A DNA stretch of 64,000 bases from IMG/VR virus record IMGVR_UViG_2645727901_000008. The stretch is one strand, 5' to 3'. Shown piece after piece: positions 45,988 to 55,696 of the stretch; position 1 is the stretch's first letter, and each line of letters opens with the position of its first letter. A model generated the notes under the pieces. It had not been told where the DNA came from. It worked only from the letters and a program-made list of their open reading frames with translations, and made no database searches. This DNA comes from a virus (Duplodnaviria; Heunggongvirae; Uroviricota; Caudoviricetes). The position numbers and the translations under genes were made by a program.

Positions 45988-46007
45988 TATGTTAGAAATT
46001 TAATTTC
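45988..46007 (+). promoter_or_regulatory. operator-like motif copy (TATGTTAGAAATTTAATTTC) next to palindrome AGTGTATATAAATACACT
   Basis: Near-identical to the copy at 22222-22241. Confidence 0.4.
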
Positions 46008-46016
46008 ATGCAGCGG

Positions 46017-47015
46017 TTATCCCCGTCGCGAAACGAAGAGTAATGGGGTAGTATTTTTGCTCTCCTTCGGCGATAACTCCGGCTCTTTCTTGCCTGATAT
46101 CGGCAAGCCATAAGTCGCATTTGCCCCCAGAGATTCAAGCATCGCAGCCACTATGCGAGCATCATCTTCAGACTGCATACGGCAGAGCGCCCGACGCTGT
46201 TCTGCGCTGATAAAAACAGGCAGCTCCTGGATAGCATCACGCAAAATCCTACGGCATTTCTTCGCATCTTCGCCCTGGCTTTCCATCATTGCGGCCTGGT
46301 TGCGTAATTCGTCGCGAAGTTGCATATTTTCCACTTCAAGGAGCATCAATTCTGACTCAAGGGCTTCACGCTGTGCTGACTCGAAAATAGCCTGCTGATT
46401 CTTCATTGCTGAAAAGTGGTGAACAAGATCCGTAGCCGCGTTATCGGTAAAACCTTGTTCGATAAGTGCCGCATGAATAGCCGCGTCGCGCTCTTCTGCT
46501 GATTCCAGCATCAGACTTTTCTTGTCGAGGCTGATATAGTTAGGCACAGTTACGTAATCAAAGCCGTGGAAAGACTTTACCAGGGATACCGATGAATCTG
46601 GACCAGATGTAGCCCACGACCAACCACCAGCACCAGAGTTAATCATGCCCTGAACAATACGCCCGGTGTCTGTATCCAGTATTTCCTGCGTATGAGTAAC
46701 AATGCCGTTGTCGTCAATCGAAATGTCGATAGTCCTGTTTGACGGCACGTTCTCCAATACAACAGGCTTCCCATCTACCATCACAACAGAGACTTCCGGC
46801 AAGTTCAGGCTTTTCGTTTTGTTATAGTGCATCGCCCGGCGACCATGACCGTAATAACCATACATCTCACCCAGCGCGATACGCTCTTTTGTTTCTGGCG
46901 AGTTGAATGTGTCTCGTACCGACTGAATGACGTAATTTCGGTTGTTCTGCGGTGTGTGTTTGCGGATTTTCTCTACCAGGGAGAAGCGATCCGTAACAGT
47001 ATTCAGTGATTGCAT
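46017..47015 (-). CDS. head morphogenesis protein (possible prohead protease/scaffold)
   Basis: 332 aa; directly downstream of the portal-like gene; coiled-coil C-terminal half. Function inferred from position only. Confidence 0.5.
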   Translation of the reverse strand: MQSLNTVTDRFSLVEKIRKHTPQNNRNYVIQSVRDTFNSPETKERIALGEMYGYYGHGRRAMHYNKTKSLNLPEVSVVMVDGKPVVLENVPSNRTIDISIDDNGIVTHTQEILDTDTGRIVQGMINSGAGGWSWATSGPDSSVSLVKSFHGFDYVTVPNYISLDKKSLMLESAEERDAAIHAALIEQGFTDNAATDLVHHFSAMKNQQAIFESAQREALESELMLLEVENMQLRDELRNQAAMMESQGEDAKKCRRILRDAIQELPVFISAEQRRALCRMQSEDDARIVAAMLESLGANATYGLPISGKKEPELSPKESKNTTPLLFVSRRG

Positions 47016-47028
47016 TATTTCCCTCCGG

Positions 47029-48711
47029 TTAATTGCTCATCACAAATTTTGCAAAGTTTATTAACTGTTCTGGCGTCCAGTTTTCCGGATCGTCACCGGA
47101 CGACAACGGCGCGGATTCGTACATACCATGCTCGTTGTTTTGCTCTGATTCATTCGCCTTAAACTCTTTGATCATGGTGTTGAGAGTGTCATCGTCGATG
47201 TGCAACTGCTCAGTGAACAGATAACGCATAAACGCGTCGCTACCAGCCAGTTTCGGGTTGTTCTGGATCTGGTCCATAATTTGGGAGATGACAGCAACAA
47301 AGTTGGCGCGTGCATCCAGTTCTCGGTTTTCCTCTTCCTGGATAGCAGTGTTCATTGAGTTGAATTGCACGTCATAAGGGCGGTTTGTTTCGGTGTAAAC
47401 CTTGCCGTATTTATAAGCGAGGTGAATGTCCAGAAGCCGATAAATAGTTCGCTGGGCGGCCTGTCTGATCCAGTTCGCACGCAATGCAGCCTGGATAGCA
47501 GTTTGCTGCCAGCCGCCTTCTCCAAGCCCTCCGCTCATCTGATCAGCCCAGCCAAGCATTGTTGCGTCAATGCCGAGGCTTGCAGCAAGCTGCCGGAGGT
47601 GAAACATAACGTCTTCGATACCACTGATATCTGCGGGTATGGATTGCGTATCAATGGTGATGCCGTTCTTCCCGTCTCCCATAACAGGTATCAGATGGTT
47701 AAGCACAGTCGGAATAGCGTTGGCATTAATCGACCTTTGCGCCACCAGGTCACTATGACGCTTCAATGCCTGGCTGACGCCACGCGTATAGTTCGCCGCA
47801 TTAACCGGGTCCAGTGTGTTCGTCGTAAGAGCAATCAGGCGGTCAATTTTGGCTGCATTATTTCGCGTTGATTTCAGCGCGGCGAGCGAAGCACATAAAT
47901 TAAGGTAAGGTTCATAGCTGTATTCCAGGAATGAAGTTCCGTAATTCTGCGTCTCCATTAACGGCTTATCAGCCTGATCACTTAACAGTGAATACCCTTT
48001 TGTACCGTAGCTAACCGGAATAACCTTATGCTGCGGCGTCCAATACGGGTTTTTCATGGAAACAAGATTCCACGGTTCGGTTATTACCCTGCGCAAACTA
48101 TGCGTATCCAGAATGTAATCACCACTAAAACCGACCAGCTGGCTACCGCGATAAAATTCCTGGACGAAGTGTGGAAGAGTGTAATAACTGGATTCAATGC
48201 CAGTTATCCCTCTGCCCTGTTCAGCATAAGGTCGGACATAAGACACCCCAAAGATCGCCATAATCATGGCCCATGAAGGAAGTCCGTCATTAATCATTGC
48301 CCCCAAATCAGCTGTTAACTCTTCACACCTACTTACCGCCTCGGCATCGGAACCATCTTTTGGCGAAAGCATGAATGCCAGCCCGGTTTTCTTTGAAGGC
48401 GCAAGCGCATGTGCAATATGAATGTTTAAAGCCGTTGAGATAGTCGGGCTTTTAGCCATCGTTTCCAGGATGTTGTACTTTTGCAGGCGCTCGCCGGGCA
48501 GTTCAGCGGATAAAGAAATTGAATCTGCTGCACTCGTCATGCCATCGCTGTTGCTACCCAGGATGCCTGGACGTAAAGCGGACAGGCCGGAACGAGCAAC
48601 GACACTATGCCCGCTCGTAAAAACGACCGGATCGGCGGGCGTAACATCACCACCGTTGAAGGCTTTCTTCAATGCCGACAGAAAGCCTTTGTTTTTGTCT
48701 TTCGTTGCCAT
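47029..48711 (-). CDS. large virion protein, putative portal
   Basis: 560 aa; first gene of a head operon; function inferred from size and position. Confidence 0.5.
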   Translation of the reverse strand: MATKDKNKGFLSALKKAFNGGDVTPADPVVFTSGHSVVARSGLSALRPGILGSNSDGMTSAADSISLSAELPGERLQKYNILETMAKSPTISTALNIHIAHALAPSKKTGLAFMLSPKDGSDAEAVSRCEELTADLGAMINDGLPSWAMIMAIFGVSYVRPYAEQGRGITGIESSYYTLPHFVQEFYRGSQLVGFSGDYILDTHSLRRVITEPWNLVSMKNPYWTPQHKVIPVSYGTKGYSLLSDQADKPLMETQNYGTSFLEYSYEPYLNLCASLAALKSTRNNAAKIDRLIALTTNTLDPVNAANYTRGVSQALKRHSDLVAQRSINANAIPTVLNHLIPVMGDGKNGITIDTQSIPADISGIEDVMFHLRQLAASLGIDATMLGWADQMSGGLGEGGWQQTAIQAALRANWIRQAAQRTIYRLLDIHLAYKYGKVYTETNRPYDVQFNSMNTAIQEEENRELDARANFVAVISQIMDQIQNNPKLAGSDAFMRYLFTEQLHIDDDTLNTMIKEFKANESEQNNEHGMYESAPLSSGDDPENWTPEQLINFAKFVMSN

Positions 48712-48795
48712 GAATCACCGCGAATTGTTTCCAGTTTCGCGGCAGCATAATCAGTATGTGATTTGATAGGAGAGTTTTATTGGTGCTGTTAATGA

Positions 48796-49128
48796 TTACT
48801 TACACGCTTCCCTGCCCACATAGTCAGCGATGGAACCACTTACAATCCCCCCCATTTTGGGATCAGGTTTTGAATTTTTCATCTGTTCAAGCGTCTCCCC
48901 AGAACCAAGATACTTCACTTCATTTGTCATGCAATTATATATTCTCTTCGAATATGCTGTCCCAGATGGGCCTTCCCTTTTTGTAATGATAGTTTTATAT
49001 TCACCTTCACGACCAATATCCAGCACTGTATAAGTAGCTTTTGGATCAGAAGGGATTTTTATCTTATAGGGCGCAGCACAAACTGATGCAGAAGCTAATA
49101 AAGCACAAACCAGGATTATATTTCTCAT
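48796..49128 (-). CDS. secreted protein, unknown function (AT-rich island)
   Basis: Signal peptide MRNIILVCALLASASVCAAP; low GC. Confidence 0.55.
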   Translation of the reverse strand: MRNIILVCALLASASVCAAPYKIKIPSDPKATYTVLDIGREGEYKTIITKREGPSGTAYSKRIYNCMTNEVKYLGSGETLEQMKNSKPDPKMGGIVSGSIADYVGREACK

Positions 49129-49172
49129 AACTATACTCCATGTTATAAATTATCAAAGCTAAGTAAGTAAAA

Positions 49173-49730
49173 CTAATCTGGATCAACAATAAGTTGTGAA
49201 ACCTTCGCTGCAAGTCTTATATAGCGTTCAGCTTCATTTCTGGTGATTTCAAAATCCAGAAAGTGCGCGGCTTCATTTCTTAGCGAGCGAAGCCGTTTTA
49301 ACAGCAAAGCAGCGGAATCTTCAAGTTTTCCTTCTTGAATCAACCAGTCAATGAATAGTTCTGGATTCCGTTTCGGCTTTAACCCTCCCTGTATAAAACC
49401 AGAGCGCCCGGCAGCCTCCTCTACCATCAACCATGACTCCATAATAGCAGCTCTAGGTGAAAAATCAGCAATTCTCTCTAATTGTGCGATTTTATTTATA
49501 TATTCAGAGTTATTATTACCATTGTTAATATTTTTATTCCCAACTGATGCATCTGTTGCTAATACTTCTGCTGCGGTTAGTCCCGCATTAAACTCAGCTT
49601 CAGCTGCTCCAATCTTGAATCTACTCAGACGTACTATTAACTCCTTAATATCAACCCCATACTTATTAACAAACCACACAAACACCAATGGCCATGCAAG
49701 AGCTGAAACCAAATCTGTAAATGATGACAT
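49173..49730 (-). CDS. membrane-anchored protein with HEPN-like R-x4-H motif
   Basis: N-terminal TM helix (LVSALAWPLVFVWFV); C-terminal LRSLRNEAAHF fits the HEPN Rx4-6H signature; AT-rich gene. Confidence 0.55.
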   Translation of the reverse strand: MSSFTDLVSALAWPLVFVWFVNKYGVDIKELIVRLSRFKIGAAEAEFNAGLTAAEVLATDASVGNKNINNGNNNSEYINKIAQLERIADFSPRAAIMESWLMVEEAAGRSGFIQGGLKPKRNPELFIDWLIQEGKLEDSAALLLKRLRSLRNEAAHFLDFEITRNEAERYIRLAAKVSQLIVDPD

Positions 49731-49855
49731 CGGTTATCCTCATTCATTATATTCTCAGCTAGTTTACATATTATTAAACAGGAACAAAAATGAATTATGC
49801 GCCCATCTTCAGATATGTTATGAACGCACAGAAAGAGCATTAAGTTACATTGATG

Positions 49856-51232
49856 TTACCCAACAGAGGTTGACTCAAACATAGAAAAAATTAACCCTTT
49901 ACCTTCGCCAAACTCAGTCTCAATTTCATCAGAAACGGCAGATAAAATGCTACGCAGATCGACATCTCCGCCGCCGAACATATCGCCTAACGCTTGTTGT
50001 TGGTGAATAAGTTCATCGTTAATTTTTTGCGCCAGTTTCTTGAAAGCGGCCCCCATTCGCTTAGCGCTTCGGTTGTTGGCAACAATAAACAGAGCAAGCG
50101 CTTCTGCTTCCGGAGTGCTATCTCCAAACAATCCACGCTGTGCGATCACCTCTTCTACTGCCTGACCGTTATCTTTTGCTTCACGAACAAGGTTAATTGC
50201 TTCCTGGAGTGCTGCTATCGCCTGTGTATCCAGGCCATTAACCTGCTCTATACCGTCCACTAAGCCTGTTACTGCGTCATGGTGAGCGTCGCCAGACAGC
50301 GACTGCATTTGCGCAAAATCGCTGGCTGCCGTATTTAATGCGGTCAGGATATTACGCATTTCCGGATCTGGCTCTTCCGACACTAGCCGAACAAGCCTTT
50401 CATCCTTGTACGCTTTGGCAAAAATTGCATTCTGGATGCGATCGATAAGCTGTTTCGTGGGACGCCCATCGGCAGTAAGCAAGCCTGCCGTCGCTGTATC
50501 GCCAATTTCGCGCAAAAACGCACGAATAAACGCATCATTGGACCGCGCCAGCAGATTTCCATCATCTGAAGGATTAAATAGCGCCATGACGCTCTCAGTG
50601 AGAAATTGCGCATCCGCATACGCTTTTTCACTTGCTGCCATCTCTTGCAGATCGCTAATGTTTGAATCGCGGGCAAATTGAGCGCGGTCTACATCTGTGA
50701 GTCTTTCTCGCACTAGTACGGGCATAGACATTTGCGAAATTTCGTCAGGATTCAGACCAAACTCTTTCGCATGGTCGATCAGGTACTGGCGATACTCATC
50801 CGCCTGTCCTTGCTCATAGGCACGCCAGATACCCATACTCCTTCCGTTGCCGGATTCAACAACGTTGTCCGGACCAACTATCGGCGCTCCGTGGCTGCTC
50901 ATACCGGAATCCGTTAATTGTGCCGGGCGTAAATTGGAGGCAATACGGTTAACCTGGAGTTTGCTGGATAGCCGGGTACGATCTCGTGGTTGGAGTTCTT
51001 CCGGGAAGGCCGGGTTAATCATACCGTCAAGGTTGTTCGAAATGATCAGACTGCTGGCATCAACGACCTTAAAAGCCGTCTTTACCTCTGCACCTTTGCT
51101 GGTGACTACGTAGCTACTTCGCCCCAGGCGTGTTTCTTTCCTCTCTAATGAAGAAACCAGAGCAATGACGCTGTTAATATCTGCGGCCTCGGAAAGCGCA
51201 GAAGTAACTGATTTGTTCAAAATACACTCCAA
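49856..51232 (-). CDS. hypothetical virion-associated protein (Dar-operon-like region)
   Basis: 458 aa; start uncertain; no motif recognised. Confidence 0.55.
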   Translation of the reverse strand: MECILNKSVTSALSEAADINSVIALVSSLERKETRLGRSSYVVTSKGAEVKTAFKVVDASSLIISNNLDGMINPAFPEELQPRDRTRLSSKLQVNRIASNLRPAQLTDSGMSSHGAPIVGPDNVVESGNGRSMGIWRAYEQGQADEYRQYLIDHAKEFGLNPDEISQMSMPVLVRERLTDVDRAQFARDSNISDLQEMAASEKAYADAQFLTESVMALFNPSDDGNLLARSNDAFIRAFLREIGDTATAGLLTADGRPTKQLIDRIQNAIFAKAYKDERLVRLVSEEPDPEMRNILTALNTAASDFAQMQSLSGDAHHDAVTGLVDGIEQVNGLDTQAIAALQEAINLVREAKDNGQAVEEVIAQRGLFGDSTPEAEALALFIVANNRSAKRMGAAFKKLAQKINDELIHQQQALGDMFGGGDVDLRSILSAVSDEIETEFGEGKGLIFSMFESTSVG

Positions 51233-51288
51233 CTATAGAGAAAGCTGTGAGTGTAAAAAGAGTGTGATTTATGTGAGAACAGAGAAGT

Positions 51289-51313
51289 GAAAGGGGCATT
51301 TCGCCCCCTTTTG
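51289..51313. terminator. terminator-like hairpin
   Basis: AAAGGGGC-ATTT-CGCCCCCTTTTGA. Confidence 0.4.
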
Positions 51314-51314
51314 A

Positions 51315-51683
51315 TTACCCGGCATAACCGTTGGCTTTCACCCAGCTTATGGTCTGTTCTTTAGCCTGCTCCAACGTAAGGAACTCGCCAACATAGTTTG
51401 AGATCCCACGCAGCGCATCAATAAATTCCATTTGTGTGGACTTTGTGAACACACCGCCCAGGAAGTCAGTCACTATCTTAGGGACTTCATCTACAACAGG
51501 ATCAGTCTGTTGTTGCGGTTCCGCTGCCGGTTGCGCGGCAGTCCCCAGGCCCAATTTCAGCATCACATCAACAATCTGCTTACCAATGGTGACGCGTTGC
51601 AATACTGGCGCAGTTTTCTGCGCCTGCATTAGATCTGATAGCTCTTTACCTAATTTCAGGCGGTCTAAAACAGAGATGGTCAT
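51315..51683 (-). CDS. hypothetical protein
   Basis: 122 aa; stop/start overlap with the upstream gene. Confidence 0.55.
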   Translation of the reverse strand: MTISVLDRLKLGKELSDLMQAQKTAPVLQRVTIGKQIVDVMLKLGLGTAAQPAAEPQQQTDPVVDEVPKIVTDFLGGVFTKSTQMEFIDALRGISNYVGEFLTLEQAKEQTISWVKANGYAG

Positions 51684-53608
51684 TAAGCACCTCCCTGCTG
51701 AATTTCAGCCAGAATGTTGATCAGGTAGTCAACTGCTGCACCCACAGTGGCTTCGTTCTCGTCGTATCGACCTGCACTGATTAGAGCATTTGCTGCTTCC
51801 TGTACATGATCAAGTTCAGTACTGATGACCGTCAGATCGCGGGGTGTAAACTGCTCCGGAACGGATTTCAGGTACTCCAGCGCTTTATCTGCCTCCTGAT
51901 CAGCTTCACTTGCTGATTCACCAGCTTCTTCTGGCTCCGGCTCCTGTTCTGTTGCTGGTTGTGGTTGTGATTCCGGATCAACCACATGCTCTGTTTTTAC
52001 TTCGATTGAATGATTTTGAAGGGCGTTATACACGTCCATAATGAAAAGGTTCTCCCCATCACCAAGTGGATACGCCACGTTTGGAAACGCTTTGCGGAAA
52101 AGAATTTTCACTTGCGCCTTGAATGTTTTCAGGTCACTGCCAAACAGGTCTACATAGCCATCAATATGTTTCGACATGCTGGACACAACCAATTGGCCTG
52201 CAAAATCTTTCAGCTCATCTTCATCAGGAAGATAGAGCAACTCGTACTGGCTGACTTCTTCATCTGTCAGTTTACGGTCATACGTAATGATACCGTGACG
52301 AGCATATTCGTAATACTGATCAGCCTGGTCAGGACGATCAATCACGGCTTTATTTCCATCCGGCACAGCACCAACACCAGCCGGGCGAGATTGAAGTGCA
52401 TAGTGGTATTTACCTACATCCTGGCTCTCTTGTTGTGATACTGGGTTCGTCTCGGGGTCTGTCTGTGGTGGTTCGGAGTCTTCCTGCTGGCCTGGTAACA
52501 CATCAACTTTATATTTATCTGCGTTATGCTCTCGGTAGGCTTTAAGTAATTTGGTTGCAGCATCTGCCAAACTGCCTCCTTTGACAGCACTGGCATCAAT
52601 ACTGAATTTACCTTCAGGTGCTACTATCGTAACGAAATTGTCACTGCCGGACGTGACATAATTAACTTCAGCGCCATTATCCAGCACTGTTTTTCCGTCA
52701 ATGGCAAGATTATGTTTTACATGTCGCAGCTGGTCACTAAACGCTCGCTCTTTCGTTTTTTCACCTTTAGCAGACAACAATTTATCGCGTTTTGCTTGTA
52801 ATTCCTCGTTGATGGCTTTCTGGGCATCAAGTTTTTTTTGCATCTCCGTAAGAGCAGCACGCTTTTCAGTCAGCCCACGTTGCGCAACTTCCACCTGATC
52901 AATCATTATTGACCGTTCTTCTGCCAGTTTATCTGCTTCATTGAGATAACTCTCAATATCTGCCTTCATTTTGTCCTGGCGCTCTTTTGCTTTCTTAAAT
53001 TTTTCGCTGTTACGCTCAATCAAATTAGATAGCGCCTGGCATACCTGGCTTAAAGAAACATCTCTCCCACCAATCGGGGCGACAACGTGAGTTACGTTAC
53101 GTTTATTAAGTAAAAACTGAAATGCAACAAGCTCGTCGTTACTCTTTATTTTTGCCCCGTCAGATGTTGGAGAGTGGAAAATTATGCTTGTACTCTGCCC
53201 GTCAGTAAGCGGTATCTGCGCGGTCAAAACAGGGATATTAGCTACCCGACGTACACGACCGATAATCGCACCACCAATACAATTACGTCCATTTTCATCG
53301 GCCCCGGCTTCATCAGTCCCTGCCATAATATTCGTACCATTCAGGCCACGATTCAGCGCACGGACGAAAGCTCGCATTGTTTGAGCTAACCGAATTCTGG
53401 TTGTAGTTATGGACTCAAACATAGCTTCGTCAGACACAACCAGAATTTCATTGCCCATATAGGCAAGCTCAATATCTTCTAAGGTCGCCGCCTCAAAAAT
53501 CAGGTCATCTTCGCTTAATTCTTCTGAAGACCAGCGACTTGGCATATAGCCGGGGATCGTATCAGCAAAAGTAGACTGAATATTAATTCGTAAAGGATTG
53601 TTAATCAT
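51683..53608 (-). CDS. large hypothetical protein, candidate DarA-like internal head/antirestriction protein
   Basis: Start moved to MINNPLR (GGAGG RBS 6 nt upstream); 641 aa with coiled-coil centre and acidic C-terminus; downstream of the lysis-like genes as in the P1 darA operon. Assignment is by context only. Confidence 0.55.
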   Translation of the reverse strand: MINNPLRINIQSTFADTIPGYMPSRWSSEELSEDDLIFEAATLEDIELAYMGNEILVVSDEAMFESITTTRIRLAQTMRAFVRALNRGLNGTNIMAGTDEAGADENGRNCIGGAIIGRVRRVANIPVLTAQIPLTDGQSTSIIFHSPTSDGAKIKSNDELVAFQFLLNKRNVTHVVAPIGGRDVSLSQVCQALSNLIERNSEKFKKAKERQDKMKADIESYLNEADKLAEERSIMIDQVEVAQRGLTEKRAALTEMQKKLDAQKAINEELQAKRDKLLSAKGEKTKERAFSDQLRHVKHNLAIDGKTVLDNGAEVNYVTSGSDNFVTIVAPEGKFSIDASAVKGGSLADAATKLLKAYREHNADKYKVDVLPGQQEDSEPPQTDPETNPVSQQESQDVGKYHYALQSRPAGVGAVPDGNKAVIDRPDQADQYYEYARHGIITYDRKLTDEEVSQYELLYLPDEDELKDFAGQLVVSSMSKHIDGYVDLFGSDLKTFKAQVKILFRKAFPNVAYPLGDGENLFIMDVYNALQNHSIEVKTEHVVDPESQPQPATEQEPEPEEAGESASEADQEADKALEYLKSVPEQFTPRDLTVISTELDHVQEAANALISAGRYDENEATVGAAVDYLINILAEIQQGGA

Positions 53609-54236
53609 GCTCATCCTCCAGGCGCGCGATTTCTTCTTTAAGAGCACGTGTCTTAGCTACTTCCTGAGACAAGGCAGCTTTAACGTTACCCGTATCTTGC
53701 ATTACTTTGTCTGACTTGCTCTGGAGTTTAGACAGTTTGTCGTTAGCATTAGCGATATCTTCACGGAGTGCATCACGTGATTCTTTCGCTTCAGCTAATT
53801 TCTGAGCGTTAGATTTAACTCCCTGCCGCTTCTTATTTCCGTCATCAATATTTTTTGCTGCACGAGCAAGTTTTCGAGCTAATGACTTCTGGAAAGAAGT
53901 TGCTCCGCGATTAAATAAAGCCGCAAGAGATTGCCCCAAAGCCGACATTGTTTTTACTGGCTTGAACGGTACTGTTTTACCATTCAGTTTGATCCCAGAT
54001 ATATCACCGGTATCGTTAACCTGAACTTCCATTGTCTGTTCATCAATACCAATAAGGGTAAACGTGCGCGTCATGATCCCATCTTTCTTCCTGCCATTAC
54101 TTGCAGGGATCACCCTCGCTATCTTGTAACCACCTTTGCTGATTTCTTTGACGAGTTTTGCCAGCCCCTTTTCGTTTAACTCATCATAATTAAGAAGAAC
54201 ATAATTATTCTTATTTGACATCCCAGTCTCCTTCAC
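53601..54236 (-). CDS. hypothetical protein with coiled-coil C-terminus
   Basis: 211 aa; likely GTG or internal ATG (MSNKNNYV) start. Confidence 0.5.
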   Translation of the reverse strand: MKETGMSNKNNYVLLNYDELNEKGLAKLVKEISKGGYKIARVIPASNGRKKDGIMTRTFTLIGIDEQTMEVQVNDTGDISGIKLNGKTVPFKPVKTMSALGQSLAALFNRGATSFQKSLARKLARAAKNIDDGNKKRQGVKSNAQKLAEAKESRDALREDIANANDKLSKLQSKSDKVMQDTGNVKAALSQEVAKTRALKEEIARLEDEHD

Positions 54237-54657
54237 GCTTTTCGATCGTAAACTGGCGCTCTATGCAGTCATTGATAGGGAAAATGCGATAAAGCGGATT
54301 CAGTCGACAGTTACCGTTAGTCAATGTGACTTTCAGATCCCACTTCGTTGGCTCAAGATATTTCGTATCGATGAGCAAATACTCTTCTCTCTCACCGCGT
54401 TTTGAGGCGTCAACTGGTCGCGTTTTCCCTGAAATAACCACAGATGGATTTTTCAGGTCTTGCAACCAATATTCGATTTGAGCATTGCTGACCCAGCTTC
54501 GCTTAACACGTAGCGAAACAGGAAATGCTATAGCGGATTCTTTCACTACAGCGTCACCAATACTCAAAATCTCAACACTCTTGCGACGAAAAATGAAACG
54601 GTCAATGATGGCAACAAATGCCATGATAAAAATGAAATAATTTCCAAAGTTACCCAT
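54211..54657 (-). CDS. membrane protein, possible antiholin/lysis regulator (LydB-like position)
   Basis: 148 aa; N-terminal TM helix YFIFIMAFVAIIDRFIF. Confidence 0.5.
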   Translation of the reverse strand: MGNFGNYFIFIMAFVAIIDRFIFRRKSVEILSIGDAVVKESAIAFPVSLRVKRSWVSNAQIEYWLQDLKNPSVVISGKTRPVDASKRGEREEYLLIDTKYLEPTKWDLKVTLTNGNCRLNPLYRIFPINDCIERQFTIEKREGDWDVK

Positions 54658-54983
54658 TATTTCTCTCCACCTTTTCCCCCATTCGCTATTACGCTTAAGA
54701 GATTCAAGACGTTACTAGCTCTGGACTTCAAGCCCTGTAAAATTTCACTACCGTTGTTACTGGCAATCAGAACAACGCAGAAAATGATACCTTCAGGCCA
54801 TTCTTGGCTAACCGCCACCCCATACCCCGCAAGCCCGGCTGTTACCGCAGTAAACAATTCACTCGCAAGATTGAGCAGGGACGCAGAAATGCGCCCGTCT
54901 CTAACTCCGAGAAGGAATACGCCGGTTCCACTTAGTAGGGATGTTATGACTACTACAGCCAGATTTTCATAATCTGCAAACAT
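54657..54983 (-). CDS. holin-like small membrane protein (LydA-like position)
   Basis: 108 aa with two or three hydrophobic helices; first gene of the operon; preceded by a late-promoter-like element. Confidence 0.5.
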   Translation of the reverse strand: MFADYENLAVVVITSLLSGTGVFLLGVRDGRISASLLNLASELFTAVTAGLAGYGVAVSQEWPEGIIFCVVLIASNNGSEILQGLKSRASNVLNLLSVIANGGKGGEK

Positions 54984-55020
54984 ACCCCTCCAGAAATAAC
55001 ATCTAATGCGCCACTAACTT

Positions 55021-55038
55021 AGTCAGTTTGTTATTTCC
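55021..55038 (-). promoter_or_regulatory. candidate late-promoter element (GGAAATAACAAACTG, one mismatch to the 15-mer)
   Basis: About 40 nt upstream of the holin-like start. Confidence 0.3.
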
Positions 55039-55088
55039 TTACAGGACATCTTCTAGAATCTCCCCCCTTAACATACAAGGGGGGACAT

Positions 55089-55649
55089 ATGCTTATTGGA
55101 TACATTCGCGTATCAACTAATGACCAAAACACCGCTTTACAACGAAACGCCCTTGAAAGCGCAGGATGTGAGCTAATTTTTGAGGATAAGGCGAGCGGCA
55201 AAAAGGCTGAACGCCCAGGGTTAAAAAAGGTTCTGCGTATTCTTTCCAGAGGTGACACCCTGGTCGTATGGAAGTTAGATCGTCTTGGGCGCAGCATGCG
55301 TCACTTGGTTGTGCTGGTGGAAGAGCTGCGTGACAGAGGCATTAACTTCCGGAGTCTCACTGACTCCATCGACACCAGTACACCAATGGGGCGCTTTTTC
55401 TTTCACGTAATGGGGGCGCTGGCAGAAATGGAACGTGAGCTTATCATTGAACGTACACGCGCTGGACTTGATGCAGCTCGCGCAGAAGGTCGTATAGGTG
55501 GGCGTCGGCCTAAATACCAAGAAGAAACATGGCAGCAAATGCGGCGATTGCTGGAGAAGGGCATCCCTCGTAAGCAAGTTGCAATCATCTATGATGTGGC
55601 TGTTTCCACGCTTTATAAGAAGTTTCCGGCATCATCATTTCAATCCTAA
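55089..55649 (+). CDS. cin: serine-recombinase DNA invertase (Cin/Gin/Hin/Pin family)
   Basis: MLIGYIRVSTNDQ with catalytic Ser; resolvase/invertase N-domain motifs; C-terminal HTH; adjacent to the invertible segment. Confidence 0.9.
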   Translation: MLIGYIRVSTNDQNTALQRNALESAGCELIFEDKASGKKAERPGLKKVLRILSRGDTLVVWKLDRLGRSMRHLVVLVEELRDRGINFRSLTDSIDTSTPMGRFFFHVMGALAEMERELIIERTRAGLDAARAEGRIGGRRPKYQEETWQQMRRLLEKGIPRKQVAIIYDVAVSTLYKKFPASSFQS

Positions 55650-55668
55650 ACCTTGGTTTAAGAGAACT
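55641..55668. other. cix/gix-type inversion crossover site (left)
   Basis: caatcctAAACCTTGGTTTaagagaa imperfect palindrome at the outer edge of the left inverted repeat. Confidence 0.6.
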
Positions 55669-55696
55669 CGGTACCAGCGGTGAAAAGATCCCCCTG

